DNA from: Phoronis australis
Lineage: Eukaryota > Animalia > Phoronida
NCBI GenBank assembly: GCA_002633005.1
Contig: NMRA01000053.1
Span: forward strand, 186,001 to 250,000
Direction of reading: 5' to 3'
Length of the DNA stretch: 64,000 nt
A program made the position numbers and the translations under genes. Below, one piece after another: positions 23,795 to 37,700 of the stretch. The notes under the pieces are model-generated. The model ran no database searches. It was not told the origin of the DNA and saw only the letters and a program-made list of their open reading frames with translations. Position 1 is the first letter of the stretch. Every line of letters begins with the position of its first letter.

Positions 23795-26700
23795 AGTTTT
23801 CAGCTGTATCCATGGATGAGGAACTGAAAAATTGTGAAAATCTGGTGGCCCGTGCATGAATGACGTCACTGGCAGAGAAAACATAAACAGCAATGTTATT
23901 CCTCAGCACTACAAAGGTCGGTAATTTGCAGTGATTACTTTCGTCACAAAACTCATTCATACAGCGGCATTGAAACATGCTTCTGACAAAATCAAGTTTT
24001 GATTGAGGACACTTACCAATGCAAAGTTGGTCTTGTTCCAAACTCAGGGCTTGGGAAGACTGACCGTTTCTTCCTTCAGGTCAAGCTCGGAAATTTTCAG
24101 GTTACCGTGTCAGTTCCCTTGAAAAACTTAAATCACTTCCGATTAGCCTAAGAAACAATGTGAGACCAATTACACAACGGCAAGTGGTCTAAAAGTCAAT
24201 TATAGTGATGGAAGGCAGATCTGCTTTAAAACCAACTACAGGAACTTGCGCACCACAGACATTTCACGTTATAAAAACATGTTGCATTTTGTAAGGTGCT
24301 TCCTTATTCAAATTTCAATACATTCTATGGCAGTATTAAGATCACTAAGGTACGTGCTTTATTGGAGGTGTACACAAGTCACCCATTACTGCTGCACAAT
24401 AGAGGTATGGACATTTCAATCAGAGGAACAGCAGTTACTTCGCTTTCCTTATGTTGTGGCTAACCGATTTTTGCCATTCAAACAATGGAAAAGTTCAACT
24501 TCCCACAATTCATTGCAAAAATCGCCTCCCCAGCCGGATCTCCATTCAAATTTGCACTTCAATTCTGAGCATGGCAGTGAATAGCTATTTATTATTTCTG
24601 CGATGATATCGGTAAATTTTGGTATTTTTTATTAATTTGTGGATTTTGAAATCTTCAGACGAACATACCCATTTAAAATAAGATCCAGTAATGTCCACTG
24701 AAAAATCTCAAGAAACAACACTTTGACTGCTAACCCTTTGAGCAATGTTGCCTCTGGTGTTTACAGCAAACAAGAAACTTGATCCCACTACAAAGCCTAT
24801 ATATATCCCAATTGTGTTTAATCCAAGTCATGACAAAGGTGAGGTAATTAACAGTCAACATATCTGACCTGTCAAGGCTATGGCTAATGGCCAACATAAA
24901 CCGTTTACCTGTCTGTTAGGTAATTACCCTATCGATGAAGGTCATTAACCTCACGATTGTGATACACAATATAGTTTCCGTAGGAAGACAAGTGCAACCA
25001 TCAATCACATAAAATCAATGATAATCTGATACATGTACTAACTTATTACACAACAGATTCTATTTCAAGCCATTTTGGCAAGCAATACCAAGCCAGACAA
25101 CAATCCTAACCCTAAGCTCACTACAGCATTTGTTTGACCAAATCTCTGTCACTCACACAAAGGGCATTTTTGTTCATGTCTGCAAGCAGCATATGGTAGA
25201 ATAAAGAAGTCTTATAGAGACAAAAACAAACGCTCAGCACAATATTGTTGAGCGGAATCCATTTATTATAGGGTAGAAGGTGTTTAATGAGGCAAGTTAG
25301 CACAGAAAATAAACATTGCTTTATGCACCAAGCAGAGATAAAGGACCAATAAATCACTTTCTGTTATAAAACCAGTTTTATCACGTTCCTGACTAAGCAC
25401 AGTTTGTTATAGCTTCAGAAAATGCCCAAGAAGGGTACTTGTCACAGCAGCTGAAATTCAGCAGCTGAGGCTATGTGGCTGTCAAGGGAATTCTGGAACT
25501 GTGTAGGATCAAACAAGTCAGTTACAACTAATACATTTCAAATACTTCATAAAATTATCAGTAAACAAAAATTAAATGAACAATTTTACTGAAAGTTGCA
25601 AAGAAAAGCAACCATTCTGTACAATATCAATTCATTTCGTGTTATTTAGATCAAATTGCATAATTGATAATCAATTGCTTGAAGTTCATAAACTTACAAA
25701 TATTACACACTTCCGTTTTCAAAGATTTCAGTGATTGTGTTTAAGCTGAATATTTAAATATTTTAAGATAAACTATACCTAACCATTTTCAAAGGATTTG
25801 TTTTCCATAATCCATCGTAACAAGAAAACCGGATTGTTCAATCATTTTTAAAACACAAATTCATAGAAAAATGGTATCTTGTGAAAAAATCTTAAATTGT
25901 AGGCGGACAAAGTTGATGCAAAAATTGTATTTTTCTTATTATGAAAATTGGGAGACTTCCATTTTTGTTTTCACCAAGTTTCTCTATTTCTTAACACTTA
26001 GCATTTTGTCACCCCCACATCTAAATGCACAATGGAAATGTTTGTAAGGAAAATTATATACATCACATCCACTCTAAAATCATAAACATCAAAAACTTTT
26101 CTTGATGGAAAAACTCTTCTGTCTACAAAACTATTGGACAGCCATCATTTCCATAGGCCCTGACAACCCTGAATTATTGAAAACAATTTTACTATCAATT
26201 TAAACACAATTTAGCCATTAGATAAAAAACTACTACATGGTTCGTGTTATTTAATCACCACAAATTGTATTCATCACCAGATTATAAATACAACAATATT
26301 TATAAACAAAGTTGCCCTATCACTATTACAGTAGCACCACACAAACAAATCTAAATAATATTAAAAATGCTATAACATAGTACTTCTACAAAAGGACAAC
26401 GGTAATTCCAGGCATTTCAGTGCTCCCCCATACAAGTGACACTTCCTCACACAAGAAATAAAACAGATAACACAAACTGCTTCACCCGATGCTTTTCTAT
26501 TTCAACAACTTTGGAAAAATAACGTTACCGTCTTTTTAAATATTCACACGATTGAGTAGAACAAGTGGCTCTTTAGTGGTCTTGTATGGTGCAAAACCAA
26601 AAGACCTGAGTGGTACAAGCTTGCATAGACAATGATACAGGGGAGAGAATAAAAACTGCACTGTTTCAACCTTAAATGAATTTCCGTCATCCTTTTATTT

Positions 26701-27881
26701 GATCCCATGAACTTAAGAATTCCTCAAACCGCACTTGACCAGTGACACAATCGGCTTGACAAAATAGGTCATATGTCACATGCCAACTCTCTGGATTGGC
26801 ACATAAAATACTGACTGGTAACAAAAATGAATAGACTACTAAATGAACACTTTTCAATACAAAGGGGTAAAAAACATCACAACTTCACGTCTCAGTTACA
26901 TCACAGAGGTGAGCACTGTGCTCGTCAAGTACGTTGAATGTATGGTTAACACCCTCATTAGTCACGAGACATAAGTTAGATGTTTGTTTACAGTAATTCA
27001 AACAAAGCTCCATGGGTGGCGTTCCAGTTTGTGCACTCAATCTTTCGTAACATACAGTCAAATTTTGCTTTAGTCGGTTACCATCTCGAGGTACAGTTGG
27101 ATCCAACTTATGTGAACTTACTGTACTTGTTTTAAAAAGTTTATGTGGTCCGTGTTTGATTACAATTTCATACTACAGCTAACCATAAAACAACCATCCT
27201 AAATAATGACCTTTATTGAAATGACATGAATTAATATGATGAAGCAACAAGAAAGACATAATCAAAAGGTGTTCATTGCACATTCCCCCTCCGCCTCAAA
27301 AACAAGCATACAATGGGAAATCTGACATTTAATGCCAAAAAGGCAAAGCCAGTTTTTATTGGCGAGTGTACCAACATAATAGTCCACCAGTGATGAAGAC
27401 GGACAAGTGACTTTATAAGAATTTTAGTTAACTTACATCAACTACTAACTGATTATTTCATTCTATTACTAAATCTTTGTAATGTGTATAATGAGATTAC
27501 AACCAGTGAATTATACTCAGAGCATTTAACAGAGTTTATTGCAAAAGGAAAAGCTTTAAGGCTGATATCAATTTGTCTTCGATCAATGAAGGTACGGTAA
27601 ACTTGCATTTAGTTTACTTATCATTCTAAAACTAGACTGAACTACCCTCACCAAGATAAGAAATGACCTCTGGGCGTGAGAAGTACTGACGATTTGTCGT
27701 TGCTTGACTGAGACCAGGCACAGTGAGTTGGCTTGACTCAGAGGGACATTTTATGCACTGAGAATGGTGCGAGGCAGTAACAAAATGTCAGTTCTCTTCT
27801 GAGTAACAAACCACTTAAGATCAACACCAAGGTAAACGGTGAAAATCTACTTGCATTAAGTCTGAATTACAGCAGCTTTAA

Positions 27882-28380
27882 AGAGGCATGGAACACGAAA
27901 GCTTGTCAAAAATATCTTTTAAACAACTCCTGACAAACATACTGTCTTGCAACGTCTAGTAGTGCGTAATTCACTTTCCCCTGTGAGCAAACTTCCAGAC
28001 AAAATCGCAAAATTCACAGTTTTTGAAATACGCGCGAAGGAAAAACTCTGTGGTTACCACAGTTTCTAATCTCCCTTCCACTTATAATAAATGTGCTCAT
28101 GCGCTCACTGTCAGTTGCTCGAATGCGCTTGAGGTCAGAGGTCACATTTTCCAAACGTGCTACGTCTATATATTTGTCATACCAAATAAGGAGACATGAT
28201 TTGTCTTGTGGGAGAAAAAGTTCTCTTAAAATTTGAAACTAAATGAAAATATTAACAGAAATTAAAAATCTTTAAGAACAAACCCTAGAAATACCTGGCG
28301 AGCAGGTTGAATTCTTTTTCAGTGGCATAGTACCACTTTCAACGTTGCAATACATTCTATTTATCGCGTTCCAGGCCTCT
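27882..28380. mobile_element. Kolobok-like MITE (499 bp)
   Basis: TTAA on both sides; TIR agaggcatggaacacgaaa vs agaggcctggaacgcgata (16/19); AG termini. Confidence 0.75.
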
Positions 28381-28639
28381 TTAACTCAAAAACTTTAAAG
28401 AGACAGTTACTAAGTAGGACAGCCACCAACTGAAGTTGTTCCCAATTCATAAAGAGCATCTTTGGAAAACCAGTCAACAACTGCCTCCTCATTACATTTA
28501 CTTCCAGTTACCTAGGCAACATTAAAGTGTAACTCCCTACATCCGGATTTGCGCCATTACATTAGCTAATGAAAATTATCAGTGCCTGTGTAACAGATTA
28601 AGTATCTTTGCTCCTGATGCTTTGTTACCCAATACACTG

Positions 28640-28773
28640 CTAATTATGAACAATGGAAGTATCCATGTTACCTAGTCCATTCCACCGATCAGGTACCATC
28701 AGAAAGTAACTGTCCATAGCTTCAAGGAACCGGTTTCTGTAAATCTCTGGCGAAACCACCGTGGGCATTTTAC
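28640..28773 (-). CDS. PIKFYVE: PIKfyve last coding exon
   Basis: GKMPTVVSPEIYRNRFLEAMDSYFLMVPDRWNGLG...HN-TAG. Confidence 0.94.
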
Positions 28774-31700
28774 CTGCACACCAAACAGAACAGAAAGAGC
28801 TTAGCAACGTGCATTGCAAATGCCAAAAGATGACATGAGAATTTTTGTATGACGCGATTTGTAGGGATTTTGTTACAATATGTATTTTTATGATGCACTA
28901 AAAGCTTGTGAAGGCAATTGACTCTAGTATTCCAATACCCCAACCATAGCTCAGTCTGTAGAATTTGATTACTGACTTTTTACCAATATGCTATTACTTG
29001 GGTCATGTGACTCTGTCGTTTACAAAAATTCAAGAAATTAAAAAAGAGAGGTACAAAACAATGGTATTAATAACATGAACAAATGTCATTAGGGATAACT
29101 GTCCAAGATGAAATATCAAAAATGCTCTTAGCTTTCTAAAGTGTCATCTCGTTTCCTTTTGCACTTTTTTAAGCAATTCACGAAAAAGTCATATTTTTCA
29201 TAACCTTCATGCAAAACGGAACATTTAAAAACAATCCTTAACAGCGTTTTAGAGAACTATGCATAAAGCATATCGGAAAGTTTCATACCAATCCATCAGC
29301 CATTTCTGAGATACGATGTTCTGTATTCAGTCAAATTTGGACATTATCTATGGTGCTATCTAACCTTCATTACCTTTCTCGCTGCTCACTATCATACCAT
29401 AGGAAGATTTCACCACCATTTCCAGTTTCTTGTCCCACGTGAAAGTTCGGATATAATCTGGGAAAAGAGAATTACTTAACAGATACCGTAGAATACACTC
29501 TGGATAACAACAGTATGGAATGATATGACAGATAACACTGTCAGACTGGTCAGTCCTTAGACAAATATGAGTGACAAACAAATAACCCCTTACTTTCCCA
29601 GAACATCAACGTAACATGGATTTGTAACTATCAGCAATTACTTTAGCATCAGCTGAGGCAATTTCACAAGACCATAAAAAAATCATCATTTCTAACAAAT
29701 TCTAAAGACCACGGTAAGAAGAGTGATGAGGCTGCAGCATCTTGCATCTCATTCGCTCTCCGGCAACTGACTTACCCCACTAAGAGCATCTCTGAGAAAC
29801 AGAACACCCACTTCACTCACCAATTATTCCTGTGACCAGTTCTTTTCGTTCTTCGTCTATGCCGACTAACAGGGAGTAGTCCATGACAAAATGCTTGGAC
29901 AAGAACTCTGTATCATTGTGTAGGGCTTTAGACAATGCCAACTTGGAATGAGGTCGGATGTATAGTGGTGATTCCAGGCCCACTAACAGAGAAGAGAAGA
30001 CAGCTGGCGTGTTAGTAAACAAGAAACTTTGGCCAGATAAATAACTGAGCTTGATGAATATGTACAAATAAGACAGTCCTCATGAATTTCAATCGGATAC
30101 TCGGTTCACTAGGACCACACTTGTGGCCTGCTCATGAATGCATAGGGAACCAATTGATGATGATGTCAACCACTTTTGCGATTGGTAGTAAGTATACCTT
30201 GCCTCAGCTCACGTGACTGGGAATTCCAACTGGCATTAGGTGAACACTGGTGTGCAACCACACATCAGATACAGGCCCCCGGCCCTCTTACACCTCCACT
30301 GTCACTAACTACAACAACTGACCACTTTGAAAATCATGGGGGGGAGAGAACAAAAAGACAGAAGTCGGAGCCGAAATCTACTCATCAACTCAAAGGAATG
30401 ATGAAAATTCTGAACTAAAATGGGACTCCCATACGTTCCAAGAGGAAGCTGGGACATATTGAATGGTTCTTGCAATACATGAACTTCATTCTAGACAGCT
30501 TCTGGAGTTTGAAAACAATTGAACCAAGTGACTGAGCAAGAGCACTAAATAACAACTGTAAAGAACTCCGGACACACGGACACCAACACACTCTTACCTC
30601 TGACAATGTTCTCATCCAGCAGTACAAGTTCTGGCTCCACAGAACTGGTTGGGTTGACTAGTCGATTCCTCATGGAGCCCTTCAGGTCAAACTTCTGCGA
30701 GATGGTGCGGCCATAGAACAAGTTCTCCATGACGAGAAGATCCTGCTTCAACGCGATGCCCGTCAATGAGTTGCGGAAGCCGATACGGTAGACGCCAAAT
30801 ATTTTTCCCAACACAGTAGGAGCCTGAAAGGAGCAGAGAAACATTGTATCAAGACAAAGACAGGAGAATACAAAGAATGTGCCTAATTTGTGTCAAGGAC
30901 CAATCATTCCACTACGTGATTTAGAACCAACAATTAAATCGGCATCGACTGATTTCAGCTAAGACCCAAGCTCAAACATAACGTGAAATGTTCGTGATAG
31001 AATCTCAGGGGTTACAGGGACTATAAATTTGACACTTTTTTATCAGCAATTTCAATAGTTTGTTACCCATTCGGCGAGGCTTTTTGGGTCGGTCTATCCC
31101 GATCAAAACGCGTTATGACTGACAACTCACTGTAAATACACGTGTGCTCCAATTAACCCATTTCCTTGAGGTTTATCAGGTCCAAAATTTATTTCATTGT
31201 ACCAAATTCTCAGAACGTCCAAACCCATTGTAATATTTTGATAAAGCTGGCTAGGGAAATGTGGAAATAGGCAACATTGCCCAAAAAACAAAACTGTCCG
31301 CTTGGTTCTTTCTCATAGTGTAATAAGTGTCTCAGTCTGGCGTTTATCGTGTGTGTCATGGTAACCTTTGACCTTATTCTGTATTTCCACGTGTTTTCCA
31401 TAGTTTTCCAGTTATACGTGGATACGGGTTGTTGTTCCTCTCTTATACTAACAATTTTCACAATCTCTGTTTTGATCGTCGTTCAGTGGCGACATCTATT
31501 GTCATTGGTTTCGAGACTATGATCTCGTTTATTCGTCCATTTTGCCCGTCGCAATTTCGCCGGTCGGACACATTTCGCTGTGCGCCCGTCCGTATCATGT
31601 TTTCTGAGACAAGAGTCCATTGAAGTGAGCATATCAGTTGTCATATTTGCTTATAGTTTTCTCTCAGTTATGTATATTCTTTCTGTATTCCATATATTGT

Positions 31701-34700
31701 ACGTTTATTAGTGACTTGTAGTTGCCCATCAGTTAGCACGTTTCAGTGAGTATAGTTTCCGCATTGACTGCCAGTATAGGCATCTGTTTTGGCTGCTAGG
31801 TGCGCTGATATTCATCTGTCATGGCTGCCACATGTCTATGATGTTGTTATCGTAGGTTTTTGACATTTGATATGATTTTTATTAGTTGTTGATTCTTTAT
31901 AGCATTTTCAGTATTAATTATGACTTGCTTTGATATTGCTTGTTTTATTTTTTATATACTTATGTTGTATTTTATGTTGTTTTTAAGATTGAATTTGTCA
32001 ACATTCGCGTTTCAATGAAATACACATGGAGTATGAAAACAAGTTGCAATTTCAAGACTCTTATATGTTGAAACAGACCCTCCAATGATTCAATCTCCAA
32101 TCTTTATTCGGTTCCCAGCCAGTTTCACTCTATTGGGTCAAAATTCATGAGCTGATTGTGAGAACTTCCTCAGTATGAAAGGACCCTTACACTGACCCCA
32201 TGCCGCCATGGTTGAGCGTCTAGCGTTTGATTCGCAGCACCGCTGATCATTCACAATAGCTGGACAAGAGTTGTGGCTAAAACAAACCTTCAAAATTCTC
32301 ACCTTTTCAGAGTTTGCTTTGGTGATGTACTGAAAGTAATGAGGGGCAAACTCCAGGAACGATTGGATTTCTTTCAGGGACATCTGCTTAAGGATGAATC
32401 TGTCATCTGAAACATGATTACACGACAGATCAACAGTGATCAGGGTCTTGGACCCAATCTCTAAACTCAGACTCGATGAAGTTTAACCAATCATGTGTCA
32501 TGAACTGAATACAAATTTTGTAAGTTTACTCATTACTACCTGGCATGAAATCGGTAAATTTTCGAGTTGAATTTGAGTACAGAGCCAATGGATCTGTCAG
32601 TTCACAATGCACCAACAGAAAATGAAAAGTTACTGACATACATTTCTGACACCTGAAATCACAGTCACAAACATCCACTTTAAGTTACCTGGTACAATTC
32701 TTCAGACATTTACTAAACTTGTATATTGCTTCCAAATATAAAGGAAATATTTGTTGCATCTTCAACTGACAATTATTCCACACACAGAAAATTCAAATTC
32801 AAAATAATACAAGAACAATCCGTTACTATTGTTCATTATAAATTACAACACAAGCAACAAAATAATTTTAAAAAATGTTGTCCTCAGTGTTTGTTGTCCC
32901 TGGGCATAGCTTTTGTTTCTGAAGAACTCGTAATTGTTTTCAATATTTTATCAAAAACCCCAAAAATCACGAACATTTTACTTAATAATTAGGAAACCTT
33001 CAAAATGACTATAGTATTGCATTACATTACCTTTACTTTTACAAAAGGTGGCACCAGATTTGCCTCCCTTGGCCAGCCAATCAACACATCGACTGATTGA
33101 TCGGATGAATCGCGCCTCTCCAGCAGGGAACAGAGACTTGCGTAGCTTTCGGAATTGCTCAGCAAAATACACTTTGCAGTAGTATTTTGAATTTCCACCA
33201 CACTCGGTGTCTCCGAATTCTGAAAATAAGGTGATAACGCATCTTTTAAACGTGACCTGGTAGCAACGTTGGGTGTGCTCCTGAAAGCTTTTATACTTAA
33301 GTCAGCCTGTCTGCAGTGAATATGAAATAATAGTTGATGGTCATGAGATTTTCGATTCCAAATACCAACACCAAAGCGCACCACAATTCTCTACACCATT
33401 TCCATCCCTTGCAAAGCAAGTCAGTTGGCTTTGCAACACCTTGAATGATTTAAGCAAGTTTCAAAAGAACCTATCCAAACTAATCTAACACACGCATCAC
33501 ATAGACGATTGACTTACACATTCAATCATCTTCAGCCACATTGTTTTCAGATCAGACAAGGCATTCGATTGAATGTGTACAATGTACAAAAATGTTCACA
33601 TGTGTTGTCAGGACAATTTGGCCAGCAATGAGCATCATGAAGGCTTTACTCAAAACTTTACGTACGGAGCTCGATGTGCTGGTTAGGGATCTTGTCCTTG
33701 CTGTTCTCACTTGACATAAGGAATGAGAAGTCTGGTTCATCGGGACTTTCCAGAACGCTGTCTTCTGGCGTGTACTTGACATTGAGTGGCTTGTTGCCTA
33801 GAGACCGTGGTGGAGTCGCGTCCCTCTCAACCTTACAAAACAATAGTAATGCGGTATTGAAACGTGTTGTAAAAATAGAATTCATCAAAACTAATATAAT
33901 TAAAATACGCTCACTTGCCATTTTCATTTGAATATTCTGTAAATTTTCTTATGTGTTAAGACCAGGGATTCAATCATTAAAGGTGAAGGCAACCTTTTTT
34001 CATGTCATTTTGAGCTAAAATAAGGTTTGTTGGTTATCCTAGACATATTTTGCACTTAATTACAGCTTTTCGTAATTTTATTAATTACTCGTCCGCTACT
34101 CCGGAAGTGACGTTTTAGGAGGCAAGCATTTCGCGCCAATTTCTTTTCATATAGTCTGACTGTGAGAGCTGCCGAGTCAGTCATTGTTCTACCTCGGTTG
34201 TGTTAAGTTACGTCGTCATTTGCTTTCATTTACTAGTCAGTCAACATGCCACACTGTTGCTGCGTACCGGGATGTACTAATTATCGTCTAACGCTCGCTT
34301 TGGGAGTACCTTAGCATCGCTTTCCGATGGATGACACACTTCGCCGTACTTGGCTCGTTCGTTTGAAGAACGCAGCGTTACCCATCCACGCAACGTACAA
34401 AGCAGTCGATAATTACCGTGTGTGTGGCAAGCACTTTCTGCCGTCCGATTACGAAAGGGATTTGTACGCTGAACTGATGAAGGTCACTGCGAAACAACGC
34501 CTGAAGAAGGATGCCATTGCGTCTGTGTTGATTCCCGGCAGTGCCCCGTCGCCACCCCCGAGAAGTGCGTTTTTGAAGAGAGAAGCCTCGCGAGCTGTGG
34601 CCAGTACAGTGACTGGAGCCAGTGGAGGCACTTCATCNNNNNNNNNNNNNNNNNNNNNNNNNNNNNNNNCCTTGCGCACTGTCCCTGGACTAGAGTGCTG

Positions 34701-37700
34701 TGAGCTTGTGGACGACGCTGACCTCTTGAGCTCCTGTAGACCCACCTCGTAGTCCGCTGAGCTGGAAAAAAGATTACAATACTGAGATGCGGCTTTCAAA
34801 CACACACACACGCACACACACACACACACTAACACAGGCATAACATTGACAATAACAATAATTACCTTAGTGTTTATATAGCACTAAGCAATTTACAAAC
34901 TGTACACATGTGTACTGAAAGAAGTTTAGGATTCAAGACCAGTATTCACCTTTGTGTCTGCCAAATATAACGAACTGTTAGGCGTATTGGCTTGCTTTTG
35001 CTTACATCACCGCGAGAATCACCTTTTAATTCAAACGGCTGCTAATAATACCCGCACGCAATGGTGTTCTATTCAGACCCCTATTCAATACAACCTTTTG
35101 TTGTTTGCGCTGGGTTCTCGCGGTGACGCAACATAGCACGAAAAGGCAGCTTCACTTATCATTTGACGGGCTTACATTTGCATGGTGGAACTCGCGTTTT
35201 CATGTTTTTACTAAATTTTTGCAGGGACTATCTGGTTAGCCCAATACATTTAAAAATAACAAAATTCCATTGAAGTTAGGCTTTAAGCCGCAGGTCTTGT
35301 ACAAGCACCAATGTCGAATTCGCAATTTTAGGGTTGGCAAAACCCAATAAACTATAATTCTTTTATGGAGTCACTGATAGTTATGATGTTCTTGTTGACG
35401 ATGGTAAGGAATATTAAAAGCAAGTCAGACTTTTAATTCAATTCTAGCCCGCTGAATAACTAACTTAAGGCAAAATACAGTTTTAAATGAAGAAGGGATG
35501 TTTTCACAAAGAACTTAGAAGAAACTCTGCCAATGCAAGAACAGCTTGTCAAGACGTACAATCAAAGCCACAATATCACTGTTACGTACCAACAACTTTG
35601 ACCTACTTTGCTACTAAGCACCCAAGGCTACAGCACTTGTGATCTCACAAATTTATTTTGGATTGTGCCAAGTGGATAAAGTTCACTTCACCGCAGTTCT
35701 TACCTGAGAGCATAGGCGATGATGGAACTCGGCTCCTTGTCATAGATAATGACAGGTAACTTCACAGACGACTTGAGGAGATGATGCTCGTCATTGGGGC
35801 TGTAATGACAGAAAATTCAACAGTGACATCTCAGCAGTCTACTGATGATATCAAATACCCACAATGCAACATTTCAATTACACCCACAATGCAACATTTC
35901 AATTAAACCCACAATGCATTACTTCATTTGTTTTGATGAGCTACAACACCCACTACTTCGAAATGATAGATCTGATCCATAATGGCAACCACCATGGTTG
36001 CTATTGCTGACCCACAATGCGTTATATCAAAATTGAGGATTAAATAACTACCAGTAACAAGCAACAACTTCAACGACAGCGTATCTAGATGTCTAATTTT
36101 GATACAAAGAATCCACAAAACACCACTTCAATGACACCCACAATGCATTATTGAACAGATAAAGCTACATTCAACGCTGTTTAGCTGCCAATGTTGAATT
36201 CTTAACCAATGAAAGCACATTGGGGTTTAAAAACAAGACCGTGCTAATGAGATCCTAAGTCGCTGTCACATATACCAGCAACTTAAGTCACAGGCAATGC
36301 GAACATGCGCCACTTTCGAATCCGCAATTTTAGGGTTGGCCAACAAAATTTTTTTTATTTCAATATTCTTATTGGTAATGAAAAGAGAGTCCTATCAAGG
36401 TAAAGAATGTTATGAGACCAATCATACTAGAGTAAAAGGCATAACTGGATTTTCGTTTTTTAGCCAACTAAACATAGGGTGAAATGCACCTTAGGAACAT
36501 GATTGCACATCAAACAAAATGATGACTTTAGATTACACTTGGCTATATTTTGACCATCCATGATGAAAACAATGCATCAGTACAACTACAAACAAAATAA
36601 GCAATAAGCAAAAACAACTGGTCAGTTACACAAGAATGTCTTGATTATAATTTCAAGATTTCCATTATAACGTTTTGCTCAGTACTTCTAAGCAACAAAG
36701 AAAACGTATACCGTATTTACCATAAGCGCCCAGGGCGCTTAGAAAAATTCACTACAGAAAGGGGGGGTGCTTATTATAGCCCAAAAGTGGTTGAAACCGG
36801 GTCTCCAAAACAGGTGAAATCGTAAGCTAGAATTCATTAAATTTACGCTCTGGGACACATCTGCAACCTGTGACAGAGTTTCTACAAAATTGCAGTGCAT
36901 TGCTATCAAACTTTGTTGTCAAATTAAGAGCATTTTTTCAGAAAATCCCAGTGCGAAAACTCGCCGACTGATGCATCGCTGCCTCGCGATCACCTATAGG
37001 TCAACTTGAATTCTTAAGTAAAAATATAGTTTCGACTCAACAAATTACCTGAAGTCCTCCTTCAGTTTTCAAAATAGCGTCCCTAAGATTTTTAAGTTCC
37101 TGTGGAATCGGATTAATTGCATATTAAGTCCAAATCTACGCTAGATCGTACTCTACAACACGAGAAAAATCTCTGGACAAACACACATGTTGTCACGTGA
37201 TGTTTGTTTTGAAGTTCGTCTGCATGTGTAAGTGAGTGAGTGCATGCCTGTCATTAAAGTTCATTTGCCAGAGTAAACGCGATGTAACGATCTAAATGTG
37301 TATTGTAACTAAAGAAATTAACACCAGCACTAAAGCAGATGGTGTTTTATTTAGCACCTGTTGATCTCATCTGCTAAATAACATTCGAGAATTGTCTCAG
37401 TAAGGCCGATGTCATTGAGTCGCCAGGTGACTGGATGCGTGACAGCCTAACAGTTACTTTTCGAAAGATTCGGGGGCTGTAAGGGTGCGGAGGTGTTCAC
37501 TATCAGTGGGTCATTTTGACTTTAAAAACACCAATTACAACTAATTTAATAATTCCTCCTAAAAAATAACGCAAACGTTTTTTACAGTATTAAAAACTTT
37601 CAGAAAGAAGTATTCATTTCTTGCAGCTGCTATGCTACGCGATTCATGAATAGATAGTTCCCGAAGACTTATCTCCAATGACAGGTACTTGAATGTAGCA

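Noticed and set aside
31240-32000. Intronic segment with reversed strand skew and a CpG-rich core, with short ORFs
   Set aside because: It is probably an old TE fragment, but no termini or protein motif could be recognised.
34449-34841. ORFs reading through the N gap (34449-34841 minus, 34327-34752 plus)
   Set aside because: They are chimeras: the PIKfyve exon lies right of the gap and the transposon THAP ORF lies left of it.
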